Of a DNA stretch of 64,000 nucleotides, positions 10,004 to 18,765 are shown in pieces (within the stretch, counting starts at the first letter, position 1; each line of letters opens with the position of its first letter). Position numbers and translations under genes: made by a program. The stretch is from a bacterium (GTDB taxonomy: Bacteria; Omnitrophota; Gorgyraeia; Duberdicusellales; 4484-171), in NCBI GenBank assembly GCA_021796115.1, contig JAJYOP010000007.1:10329-74328 (forward strand), given 5' to 3'. The notes under the pieces were generated by a model. The model was given only the letters and a program-made list of their open reading frames with translations, did not search any database and was not told where the DNA came from.

Positions 10004-10751
10004 GGATGGCATTCTAGCCGTAAGTAATTCCTGGTTAATCTTCAAACAGTCGATACAGTCGGTGATAATATGGATTGTAGGGGCTGCTTTGATTGCTATC
10101 TTGTTCTTGGCGATGGCGTTATTGTCTATATTGCTCTATCCTTTTGACCGTAAGCGTAAAATTGTTCACGCTCAGTGTTTTTGGTGGGCAGATGCAGTTA
10201 TTGCGTTGAATCCTTATTGGAACGTACAAATAAAAGGCCTTGATAATATAGATCATAAAAAGACATATGTCATTGTGTCTAACCATCAGAGTTTGGCTGA
10301 TATTGTATTAATGTATAAGACCAAGATGCAATTTAAGTGGGTAGCCAAAGATAGCCTTTTCAAAATTCCGGTGCTGGGGTGGAATATGTTACTTGCGCGC
10401 CATATCCGGATCGAGCGCGGTGATTTCTCAAGCATCAAGAAAGCTTACACGGAAGCTGGGGAATGGTTACGTAAAAAAGTATCGGTGGTATTCTTTCCCG
10501 AAGGGACCAGAAGCGTAAAAGAGAAAATAGGAGAGTTTCAAAATGGCGCATTTAAACTTGCGATCAAAGAAAAAGTTCCCATTTTGCCGGTGTTGATCAA
10601 GGGGACCAGAGACGCCATTCCCAAAGGAAGCTGGAGATTTACGACTAAAATTTCCTGTGTTATAGAAGTGCTTGCGCCAATAGAAACCCATAATTTGCTC
10701 TCCAGCGATTTTACTAAATTGCGCGATTCTGTTAAAGCTCAATTATCTTGA
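9996..10751 (+). CDS. plsC: 1-acyl-sn-glycerol-3-phosphate acyltransferase (lysophospholipid acyltransferase family)
   Basis: N-terminal TM, VSNHQSLADIV (HX4D motif), FFPEGTRS motif. Confidence 0.8.
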   Translation: MNKDGILAVSNSWLIFKQSIQSVIIWIVGAALIAILFLAMALLSILLYPFDRKRKIVHAQCFWWADAVIALNPYWNVQIKGLDNIDHKKTYVIVSNHQSLADIVLMYKTKMQFKWVAKDSLFKIPVLGWNMLLARHIRIERGDFSSIKKAYTEAGEWLRKKVSVVFFPEGTRSVKEKIGEFQNGAFKLAIKEKVPILPVLIKGTRDAIPKGSWRFTTKISCVIEVLAPIETHNLLSSDFTKLRDSVKAQLS

Positions 10752-10996
10752 TAAGGAAACAATAGGATATTAAAAACTGCAGTAACTAACCGTTTGATTA
10801 ATTTTCTTAAATATGGTTTTTTCAAATATAATGTCTATCTTAAAATGAATAGACACGCTTATCTGTTAGCAATCCAGAGAGTTAGGTGATTTATAGACAA
10901 AAAATAACGGACAAATTGGACAAATTTCGCGAGGAAATCACCTCTCTAAACCGCTAATTTCTTGATAATCACCACGTTTAGCCCTATAATACATAC

Positions 10997-11120
10997 CTGT
11001 AGACAAGGAGAGGTTTCCCTTCGTGGCATACGAGTGGGACCCCAGTCTTTCTCGTCTCCAAGTGAGAGGAGAGAAGGTTAAGGCCCTGGTTACTTAACGT
11101 GACCAGGGCCTTAATTTTTG
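10997..11120 (+). ncRNA. Candidate small RNA / small-ORF transcript, copy 1 of the ~50-nt intergenic family, with its own promoter and terminator
   Basis: TTGATA(10962-67)-17 nt-TATAAT(10985-90); conserved core ctgtagacaaggagagg...cccttcgtggcatacgagtgggacccc from 10997; GGAGAGG then 9 nt then GTG opens a 24-codon ORF (11023-11097, VAYEWDPSLSRLQVRGEKVKALVT); hairpin ggccctggt..accagggcc + ttaattttt (11082-11120). Confidence 0.4.
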
Positions 11121-11395
11121 TTGCGCCATATTTCGGAGTTTCGAAAAGAATAAAGAAAGCCTTCCAATCTTCTAAAAGCTGTTTGTAGAGAAGATATCCT
11201 CGTAGGTAATATTTCTGCTCGTCCAAGGAAAACCGTTACATCTATGCTAACAATCTATAGGTAATTAATAATATTTAACAATACGGGAACTTTTTTTATT
11301 TTGGATTGTCTAATATAAAAGAACCAAGAAACAAAATATAAAGGGCTCAAATTATATTAAAAAGGAGGCAAAATGAAAACATCAAGGTACTTATC

Positions 11396-11683
11396 ATGGA
11401 CAATTTGTTAGTATCAATGGTTTGTGCTGCGTCGGTATTATTACCAAAAATTTATGCTCAAAATATAGAAGATAATAACACAGATAATACTTTTAATAAC
11501 GGCGATATGAACGAACAAAATCAAATAGTTGATTCAAGCCAAGACGTAAACGATACCTTAAGTAATCTTGAGACTATTAAAAATGATCAGCAGAAGAATA
11601 CAGACGAAAACACAAAAGATAGCGATAATTCAGACAAAAATAACTCAAGCGATAATACAGGTAGCCAAGACGATTCAAAATAA
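11396..11683 (+). CDS. Small secreted N/D/S-rich low-complexity protein (hypothetical)
   Basis: 95 aa; hydrophobic N-terminus (signal-like) then NxD-rich acidic low complexity. It has no SD of its own; its ATG lies inside a 12-codon uORF (11373-11411, MKTSRYLSWTIC) that has a strong SD (aaaaggagg). Confidence 0.4.
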   Translation: MDNLLVSMVCAASVLLPKIYAQNIEDNNTDNTFNNGDMNEQNQIVDSSQDVNDTLSNLETIKNDQQKNTDENTKDSDNSDKNNSSDNTGSQDDSK

Positions 11684-11793
11684 AAAACCATACATCTATA
11701 ATGAGTTACCTAATAGTTAGTATTTTACTATTGCTTTATATCGCACTTGTCTAAAAAACGCTTTTTCTCAAAACAGTTAGGCAAACATTATTA

Positions 11794-12342
11794 ATGGGGG
11801 TAAACATGGCAAAACAGATTTTAAAAAGCAAAATTTGGATAATTGCAATACTCGTATTTGCATTTTTACTATCTTCTTCTAACGCCTTTGCTTGGGGGCA
11901 CGGTGGCAGATATTACTGGCATGGCGGAGGATGGCACAGGGATGGTTGGTTCTGGGGCGGAGTAGCAGTGAGCGCTTTAACTGTAGGAGCTGTAGTTGCT
12001 TCTCTCCCGCCTCATTATAAGGTTGTCTATACCGGTAACGCCCCTTATTATTACGATGGCACTTATTATTACCAAAGCTACCCAAATGGTTACGTTATCA
12101 TGGCGCCACCAGTGATTCAACCGGCGCCAGTCGTTGTAGTGCAGCCCCAAACTGCAACTGTTCCTGTTGCTCAGCTGCAAGCTCATAATCCAAATACAGT
12201 AGTCGTTAACGTTCCTAATCAAAATGGTACCTACACCGCGGTTACGCTCACAAAACATAAAACTGGTTATCTAGGGCCGCAAGGTGAGTATTACGAAGGG
12301 CATCCTACGGTTAAACAATTAAGAGTTTTGTACGGTAAATAA
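11794..12342 (+). CDS. Secreted hypothetical protein with G/W/H/Y-rich N-terminal region and conserved C-terminal ~45-aa module
   Basis: Signal peptide (IWIIAILVFAFLLSSSNAFA); WGHGGRYYWHGGGWHRDGWFWGG; C-terminal VNVPNQNGTYTAVTL...YLGPQGEYYEGHPTVKQLRVLYGK shared with next ORF. Confidence 0.5.
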   Translation: MGVNMAKQILKSKIWIIAILVFAFLLSSSNAFAWGHGGRYYWHGGGWHRDGWFWGGVAVSALTVGAVVASLPPHYKVVYTGNAPYYYDGTYYYQSYPNGYVIMAPPVIQPAPVVVVQPQTATVPVAQLQAHNPNTVVVNVPNQNGTYTAVTLTKHKTGYLGPQGEYYEGHPTVKQLRVLYGK

Positions 12343-12373
12343 CATTTCAATTAACTAATGGTATGAAAAGCTT

Positions 12374-12907
12374 ATGTTTAAAGTAAAAAGAAATACATTC
12401 TTAACAATTCTTAGTGTATCGACTTTTCTGTTGACCGGCTGTTCAGCGTTTGCTCCTTCGACGCAACAATTTAATGTCAACACAAACGCTTCCGATGCCC
12501 AGATATTCATCAATGGTTTTTACGTCGGCAGCGGAAGCGTAAAAACTATAGTTCCCCGTGATCACCCGCTTTATGTAACAGCTCAAAAGAACGGTTATCA
12601 TCCAATATCTATGTATGTTGGCACAAGATTAAGCAAATCCGGGACACTTGATTCTCTCGGAGCCATATTCATTCTGCCTATCATCGGTCTTGCATTTCCT
12701 GGTTCCCAAGAACTAGCAATGGAGACTGTTTCGTTAATGTTTCCGATAATACAAAAAAATGCGCTGGCCGTAAATGTTCCCAATTCCAACGGTAGCTATA
12801 CCGTTGTTAACTTGATACAGCGGGGCAATGGCTATATTGGGCCGCAGGGAGAATATTATGAAAGTTACCCAACAGTTGACCAATTAAAAGTTTTGTATGG
12901 TAAATAG
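12374..12907 (+). CDS. Lipoprotein with PEGA-like domain and the same conserved C-terminal module
   Basis: Lipobox LLTGC; PEGA-like SDAQIFINGFYVGSGSVKTIVPRDHPLYVTAQKNGYHP; C-terminal VNVPNSNGSYTVVNL...YIGPQGEYYESYPTVDQLKVLYGK. Confidence 0.5.
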   Translation: MFKVKRNTFLTILSVSTFLLTGCSAFAPSTQQFNVNTNASDAQIFINGFYVGSGSVKTIVPRDHPLYVTAQKNGYHPISMYVGTRLSKSGTLDSLGAIFILPIIGLAFPGSQELAMETVSLMFPIIQKNALAVNVPNSNGSYTVVNLIQRGNGYIGPQGEYYESYPTVDQLKVLYGK

Positions 12908-12935
12908 GGGTTAGTAAACAAAAAAGGAGGAAGTC

Positions 12936-13463
12936 ATGAAATATGTTATTAGGTCTGTTGTTGCAATGTTTTGTGCGATGGCATTTTTTTCTCCATTAGC
13001 CTTTGCAGAAAAAAATTCTGGCGAATGCAATTTTACACCGAAATATGGCAGGACATTGTTTGATAAAGATCACGAAGGAATGTTTTTGCGCAAAGCGCAT
13101 TTAATTCTGATGAAAGCCAACGAATTGGGCCTAAGCGATGAACAAATACAAAAGATAAAGACGCTCGATTACAATCTTAAAAAAAGCTTCATAAAGGATG
13201 ATGCAGACATTAAATCATTGGCCTTGGATACAAGAGAGGCAACGGGCAAAGATGACATCGATCTCAATACTGTAAATTCACTCATCGACAAGAAATACGC
13301 CGCTAAAGCCGAAAAAGTTAAAGACGATATCCAGGCTTATGCAAATCTCAAAAAGATTTTGACTCTGGAACAGAATAAAAAATTAAAAGAGATGCGATTT
13401 GCAGGTATGAAGGAAAGATTTTGGCATGGAAGGGATTTGCATCAGAAACCGGTGGAAAAATAA
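12936..13463 (+). CDS. Periplasmic Spy/CpxP/ZraP-family (LTXXQ motif) protein
   Basis: Signal peptide ...SPLAFA; LSDEQIQKIKTL and LTLEQNKKLKEMRF (LTXXQ repeats); strong SD aaaaaggagg. Confidence 0.6.
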   Translation: MKYVIRSVVAMFCAMAFFSPLAFAEKNSGECNFTPKYGRTLFDKDHEGMFLRKAHLILMKANELGLSDEQIQKIKTLDYNLKKSFIKDDADIKSLALDTREATGKDDIDLNTVNSLIDKKYAAKAEKVKDDIQAYANLKKILTLEQNKKLKEMRFAGMKERFWHGRDLHQKPVEK

Positions 13464-13477
13464 CGAAGAGTATGATC

Positions 13478-13512
13478 CTGGAAGCTTTCGATAACTATAT
13501 TATCGGAGGCTT
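13478..13512 (+). terminator. Strong 14-bp stem-loop downstream of 12936..13463 (no U-tract)
   Basis: ggaagctttcgata actatat tatcggaggcttcc: 14 consecutive pairs including 2 G-U. Confidence 0.35.
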
Positions 13513-13643
13513 CCAATAAAGGATGAATAGGGATTTATAATAAGCTTTACTTACCAGTTAATTGCGTTATATTATGGTCAAATATATTAATGCAGTAAAG
13601 AAATTTTACCGGGCCGGCTTATCTAAGGTTAGCGAAAATACCA

Positions 13644-14207
13644 ATGCAAAATATTACCAGGGAAACTTTGATAAAAGCTCAAAAGAGGGATCTTAGGGCA
13701 TTTGAGGATATCTATAAAGAAAGTTCCGGGTTTGTTTACAACGTTGCCTTGCGTATTTTGAATAACAGGCAGGATTCTGAAGAGGTTGTACAGGAAGTTT
13801 TCTTAAGCATTTATCATAATCTTAAAAATTTCCGTTTTCATTCTTCTTTTAAAACCTGGGTTTATAGGATTACGGTAAATTGCGCAATCAATCATATTAA
13901 TAAAATGACTAAAGAAAAAAATAAATTAAAGGAATACAGTAATAGTTTGATTCAAACAACAGATAAATTTCAAGCACCGCAGATAGAAAAGATAGACACC
14001 GCACAGGAGGAAATGATCAATTCGCTCCTGGGAGCCCTCGATCCGGATCAAAGAACCTGCATAGTTTTAAGAAGCTTTGAGGGATTAAGTTACAAGGAGA
14101 TATCTGACACACTGAAAATCAATATCAATACCGTGCGTACCAGGTTAAAGAGAGCAAGAGAGAAATTATTGAACCTTAGAAAAGAGGTAGCAGGAAATGA
14201 ATTGTAA
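13644..14207 (+). CDS. RNA polymerase sigma-70 factor, ECF subfamily
   Basis: Region 2 (VQEVFLSIYHNLKNF...FKTWVYRITVNCAINHI) and region 4 HTH (GLSYKEISDTLKININTVRTRLKRAREKL). Confidence 0.85.
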   Translation: MQNITRETLIKAQKRDLRAFEDIYKESSGFVYNVALRILNNRQDSEEVVQEVFLSIYHNLKNFRFHSSFKTWVYRITVNCAINHINKMTKEKNKLKEYSNSLIQTTDKFQAPQIEKIDTAQEEMINSLLGALDPDQRTCIVLRSFEGLSYKEISDTLKININTVRTRLKRAREKLLNLRKEVAGNEL

Positions 14208-14694
14208 AAAAATCAAAGAATTAATTCTTACCGATTATATTGATAATCAAATGTGTGAGAAAGATAAAACATGTCTTGAATCCCATTTTGTTTATTGCAG
14301 GGAATGTAGAGATTTTTTTACGGCAGTAAAAAAGGCTGCAGTTGAGCCATTTATCAATACAAAACAGAATACGCCGCCGGAATTTATTTGGGAGCGGATA
14401 AAAGCGTCAATCTTCGCCGGCCAAAAAGAAAAAATAGGATTTTCCGCCAATTTAAAAGAAAGGTTAAAAGGTATTTTTTATATACCCAAACCAGTTTTAG
14501 TCATGTCGACGATAACGATAGCAACGCTCATTATTGTATTATTTGGTGTTTTGAAATTTGCCAATAAAGAAACTTCGCAAATTAGTATGGAAGAACAGGC
14601 TGAATATTCCATTTATTCGATGGAGGCGCCTGCTAGCACCATTTTGAATAATGATAATGGATTTGGGACTTTAGTTGAAAAATATTTTTTATAA
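14197..14694 (+). CDS. Anti-sigma factor (zinc-finger, single TM) co-translated with ECF sigma
   Basis: Overlaps sigma gene by 11 nt; HFVYCRECRDFF zf-HC2-like motif; TM segment VLVMSTITIATLIIVLFGVL. Confidence 0.6.
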   Translation: MNCKKIKELILTDYIDNQMCEKDKTCLESHFVYCRECRDFFTAVKKAAVEPFINTKQNTPPEFIWERIKASIFAGQKEKIGFSANLKERLKGIFYIPKPVLVMSTITIATLIIVLFGVLKFANKETSQISMEEQAEYSIYSMEAPASTILNNDNGFGTLVEKYFL

Positions 14695-14718
14695 TTTTAA
14701 GAGGAGGAAAAAATATCC

Positions 14719-15198
14719 ATGAGAAAGTTAAATTTGCTTGCTATTCTAACTATTGCCGCATTAAGCGTATCTGTGCCTGCAGGCTATGCGGCTTCGCCAA
14801 CGCCGGCGAATGGCCAGAAAAGTTCATTCTTGCAAAAAATGGATACAAAACGAAAACAGCTTTATGACGAGCTTGGTTTAAACAATGAACAAAGGAAATT
14901 ATTGGAAGCAAATAAAGATAAACATAGAGAGCAAACCAAAGCTTTGTTTTCACAAATCCATCAAAACATGGATTTGCTTCGTCAGGAGCTGGAGAAGAAC
15001 GAATTAGACATGCAGGCAATTTATAAAACTAATAATGAACTCAAAGAACTGCAAGCGCAAATGTTTGATAACAGGTTAGAGCGTATACTAGAGGTAAGAA
15101 AAATATTGACCCCCGAACAATTCAAAAAATTTGAAGAAAAAATGAATAAACGTATGTCACATTTTAAGAATAGGGACAAATATGGTAAAGATAGATAA
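14719..15198 (+). CDS. Periplasmic Spy/CpxP-family (LTXXQ) protein
   Basis: Signal peptide ending AGYA; LNNEQRKLLE and LTPEQFKKFEEKMNKRM motifs; strong SD agaggagg. Confidence 0.6.
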   Translation: MRKLNLLAILTIAALSVSVPAGYAASPTPANGQKSSFLQKMDTKRKQLYDELGLNNEQRKLLEANKDKHREQTKALFSQIHQNMDLLRQELEKNELDMQAIYKTNNELKELQAQMFDNRLERILEVRKILTPEQFKKFEEKMNKRMSHFKNRDKYGKDR

Positions 15199-15521
15199 TA
15201 GTTTTAAGCAAATCATAATCATGAAAAATGTACCAGTTAATTTCCATTATTTTTATCAAGTGGCGAATAAAATACTATTGTATTCTTTGCTATTTGTTTT
15301 TAGCTTTTTTGTTATTTCTTTAATTTCTTCACGCCAGAATAGGTTTTCTTGACTATATTAAAGAAGCGCTGATTATTAATTAATAGCTGACTATTAATAG
15401 ATTGCTATGTTACCCTCTAGCCTTTAATGCCAGCATCAAGAGTGCCTCTTTATTGTACCATATCTCTGTTATTCGAAATGGATAAAGAAAGCCATTCTAA
15501 CTTTCAAAGAGCTGTAAACGG

Positions 15522-15610
15522 AGAGGAGAGACCCTCGTGCGATAGTCTGCCCTGACGAGAATCACCTCATCATTCTTCTTTTCGAAAAGAAATAGAATGA
15601 TATAATTAAA
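15522..15610 (+). ncRNA. Copy 3 of the ~50-nt intergenic family, followed by a hairpin
   Basis: gctgtaaacggagaggagagaccctcgtgcgatag... aligns with 10997 core; hairpin tcattct..agaatga at 15590-15610. Confidence 0.25.
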
Positions 15611-15646
15611 AAATCACAAATGAAGATATTCTAACTCATAAAATTT

Positions 15647-16033
15647 ATGCTTAGATTTAGATTTTTATTTTTTATTTTTTTATGCACATTTGTACTCTCA
15701 TGTTCCAAGCAGAATGTTGTATCATCACCTATTTCAGAAGATAATGCTAACCATCTTTCTAGTGCCAAGGCAGGTAACTTTGCACCAGGCCAACTCGAAG
15801 CGCACTATTTGAAACACGGTTATCAATTCGGCAATATTACCCAAGAGCAGTATTTAGAAAACGCACAGAGTCTTCTCGACGCTTCTCCTGGAAACGATAT
15901 CTTAGAGAAAAGAAGAGATAATGGCGATATTTTGCATTACAAGGTAAGTACTGGCGAATTTGCAGTTATGGCTCGCAATGGAAGAATTAGGACGTATTTT
16001 AAAGCCAATTACCAATATTGGCTAAAGCAATGA
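15647..16033 (+). CDS. Hypothetical lipoprotein
   Basis: Signal + lipobox (VLSCSKQ); no confident domain assignment. Confidence 0.45.
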   Translation: MLRFRFLFFIFLCTFVLSCSKQNVVSSPISEDNANHLSSAKAGNFAPGQLEAHYLKHGYQFGNITQEQYLENAQSLLDASPGNDILEKRRDNGDILHYKVSTGEFAVMARNGRIRTYFKANYQYWLKQ

Positions 16034-16284
16034 GTAAAAATAAGTATATGTGTCCAGTGTGTGGTTTTAAAGGTTTAAAGGAAGAGCCTTACAATAGACA
16101 AAACCTGCCTTCACATGAAATCTGTCCTTGCTGCGGTTTTGAGTTTGGATTTGATGATGTCGCTAGCCAAGATGCATTTAGTCAAAACTGGATTAAAAAC
16201 GGTGCAAACTGGTTTATGCCGAAATTAAAACCCATTAATTGGAATCTAAATGAACAATTAAGTAATCTTGTTAAAAAAAATTAA
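16018..16284 (+). CDS. CPCC-family cysteine-rich small protein
   Basis: CPVCGF ... EICPCCGFEFGFDD: CPCC hallmark motif (Cys_rich_CPCC family). Confidence 0.55.
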   Translation: MAKAMSKNKYMCPVCGFKGLKEEPYNRQNLPSHEICPCCGFEFGFDDVASQDAFSQNWIKNGANWFMPKLKPINWNLNEQLSNLVKKN

Positions 16285-16516
16285 TATCGCCATATATTAT
16301 CGTTCATCCATTCGATAATGTATAAAACATACTTCTGTTGTCCACTTAGAATAGGTAGACAATTTGTATATGTTTATATAGTGAAGCCCCACGAACTAAA
16401 GTCCGTGGCTTCCTCCTGAGCAGAAATCCCAAAAAGGCATTTATCCCTCGGGTCATCCCATCTGGGATAGCCCGCGAGGAATGAATATAATTCCTGCTTC
16501 ATAAGGAGCAAATACG

Positions 16517-18748
16517 ATGAGAAGAATTCTTTTGTTTGTTTTGCCAATTCTTATTATTGTTTCTGCGGCGTTTACCATTTTTGGTATCTTCCAAGTTCGC
16601 TTTGAGGAGGAGAAACTGCTTGATGATCTGCAACGTAAAAGCCGAATCGTTGCCGAAAGTATGGATATCGTAGTGAAGCAGGTTCTGGAAAACAACGATC
16701 TCAAAACCGCCAATTATCTTGTTGAGAGGTTCGAGGCTCGTGAACGATTGCAGGGTTGTGTCATATATAACAAAGAAGGGCAGATAATTGCAATTACCAA
16801 ACGATTTACCGACTGGGAAAACAAACCGAAGCCATATATTCAAGAAGTATTAAATAATAAGACTGCCCGCGGCGAGCTGGAAAATTTTAAAGATTACACA
16901 GTATACAGTTATATTCTTCCTATAACCGATAGCAAAGAGCAGGTTTTGGGTTTAGTTGAAGTCATCAATGATACTTCCTATGTGTTTACGCGTATAGCCG
17001 ATCTTTGGAAACGCCTAAGTATTACCTTAATCGTTATAGTTATAACCATTATAATTATCTCAATTTTTCTACATAGGCAGATTTTCGTTTTACCGATAGA
17101 GCGCCTTACGGAATGGTTTAACCGTTTTCAGAAAGGTGAGACAGACGCAAAGCACCCCATAAAAGAAAAAGGGGAGTTAGGCAAACTGGCCAGCGAGGTT
17201 GAGCAGGTTGCCTTGAGTTTACGCGTCGCCCGCAGAACGGTTTCTGATGAAGCAGCCGCGCGTTTTAATAAAACAGAAATGTGGACAGAAGCCAAATTGC
17301 GGGATTTAATTCATGCAAAATTAGGCGACAACGCTTTTTTTGTAGTATCAAACCGCGAGCCTTACATGCATGTTGTCGATGAAGTTCTGGGTTTTGTAGA
17401 ATGTATCAGGCCGGCAAGCGGCGTTGTAACTGCGATACACCCTATTTTAGCTGCCTGCGGCGGGACGTGGATTGCCCACGGCGGGGGTAGCGCCGATAAG
17501 CAGTTCGTTAATTCTAAAGATAAACTGGGCGTTCCTCCGGAAAATAATCAATATATTTTAAAACGGATCTGGCTTTCTAAAGCGGAAGAACAAGGGTATT
17601 ATTACGGTTTTTCCAATGAAGGCCTCTGGCCGCTTTGCCATAATACCCATACACGGCCAATTTTTCGGGAAAGCGATTGGCAAACTTATAAAGAAGTGAA
17701 TCAGAAATTTGCCAAAAGCATTTTGGAAGAATTACCAAAGAAAAATCCTTTCGTGTTTATCCAGGATTATCACTTTACACTTTTGCCAAAAATGATTAAA
17801 GAAAAACGGCCGGAGGCAATTGTTGCATTATTCTGGCATATCCCCTGGCCTACGCCTGAATCGTTTTCGGTCTGTCCATACCAAGAAGAAATTTTAAGCG
17901 GCATGCTCGGCTGTGATTTGATAGGGTTTCACGTGCAGAGCCATTGCAATAATTTTCTTGATACCGCAAACCGGCTGCTTGAATCGCGCGTGGATACGGA
18001 AAAATTCAGCGTGGTGCGTTTCGGTAAAGAAACCTTCGTCAGGGCTTTTCCTATAAGCATAGATTATCATATTGGCAAAGAGCAAAAAATTGATCATGAA
18101 CAATTAGAGAAAATCAGGAAAGAATTAAAATTGGAAGGAAAGATAGTCGGCGTAGGCGTAGACAGGATAGATTATACAAAGGGCATCGCCGAAAAGCTGA
18201 TGGCCGTAGACAGGTTTTTAGAAAAATATCCGCAGTATAAAAACCACTTTATTTTTATACAGATAGGCGCGCCAAGCCGTACCCACATAAAACGCTACCA
18301 TGACTTAATTGCCGAAATTGATGAGCTGGTTGATAGGATCAATTGGAAACATCAGGATGGGGAATGGAAGCCCATAGTATATCTTAAACGGCACTTTTCT
18401 CCGGAAGAAATCATACCTTATTATGCGCTTTCCGATCTTTGTATCGTGAGCTCTCTTCATGATGGCATGAATCTCGTTGCCAAAGAGTATGTCGCCAATA
18501 AGAAAGATTTGTCGGGAATTTTGATTTTAAGCCGTTTCACTGGCGCAGCGAGGGAATTAACGGACGCTATCCAGATAAATCCCTATTCCATAGAAGAATT
18601 TTCCGACAGCATAAAATTTGCAGTTGAAATGCCTCTTGAAGAAAAAAAGCGGCGCATGGAAAACATGCAAAATATTATTTCAGAAAATAATATTTATCGC
18701 TGGGCTGGAAGCATTATCACTGAGTTAACTGCTTTAAAAAAGATTTAA
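16517..18748 (+). CDS. otsA: Membrane sensor-HAMP domain fused to trehalose-6-phosphate synthase (GT20, OtsA)
   Basis: aa 5-27 TM, ~140-aa extracytoplasmic segment, second TM (ITLIVIVITIIIISIFL), HAMP-like (PIERLTEWFNRFQKGETDAKHPIKEKGELGKLASEVEQVALSL), then canonical OtsA blocks (FFVVSNREPY, HDYHFTLLP, VGVDRIDYTKGI, GMNLVAKEY). Confidence 0.8.
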   Translation: MRRILLFVLPILIIVSAAFTIFGIFQVRFEEEKLLDDLQRKSRIVAESMDIVVKQVLENNDLKTANYLVERFEARERLQGCVIYNKEGQIIAITKRFTDWENKPKPYIQEVLNNKTARGELENFKDYTVYSYILPITDSKEQVLGLVEVINDTSYVFTRIADLWKRLSITLIVIVITIIIISIFLHRQIFVLPIERLTEWFNRFQKGETDAKHPIKEKGELGKLASEVEQVALSLRVARRTVSDEAAARFNKTEMWTEAKLRDLIHAKLGDNAFFVVSNREPYMHVVDEVLGFVECIRPASGVVTAIHPILAACGGTWIAHGGGSADKQFVNSKDKLGVPPENNQYILKRIWLSKAEEQGYYYGFSNEGLWPLCHNTHTRPIFRESDWQTYKEVNQKFAKSILEELPKKNPFVFIQDYHFTLLPKMIKEKRPEAIVALFWHIPWPTPESFSVCPYQEEILSGMLGCDLIGFHVQSHCNNFLDTANRLLESRVDTEKFSVVRFGKETFVRAFPISIDYHIGKEQKIDHEQLEKIRKELKLEGKIVGVGVDRIDYTKGIAEKLMAVDRFLEKYPQYKNHFIFIQIGAPSRTHIKRYHDLIAEIDELVDRINWKHQDGEWKPIVYLKRHFSPEEIIPYYALSDLCIVSSLHDGMNLVAKEYVANKKDLSGILILSRFTGAARELTDAIQINPYSIEEFSDSIKFAVEMPLEEKKRRMENMQNIISENNIYRWAGSIITELTALKKI

Positions 18749-18765
18749 TATTACATTTATAAACC

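Noticed and set aside
11030-11045. GAGUGGGAC resemblance to c-di-GMP riboswitch core
   Set aside because: The similarity is one 9-mer only. The other conserved GEMM blocks (GCAAA, GACGCAAAGCC) are absent.
11023-11097. Interpreting the family as a conserved small-protein gene because of the V[AI]YEWDP N-terminus
   Set aside because: Only the first 7 codons are conserved, and they are the conserved nucleotide core. Downstream residues and lengths differ, and copies 3 and 4 lack a usable ORF. I kept the peptide as a possibility only inside the sRNA finding.
10984-11226. 80-aa minus-strand ORF overlapping family copy 1
   Set aside because: The + strand has a consensus promoter, SD and terminator that explain the region better. 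The minus-strand ORF has no start context.
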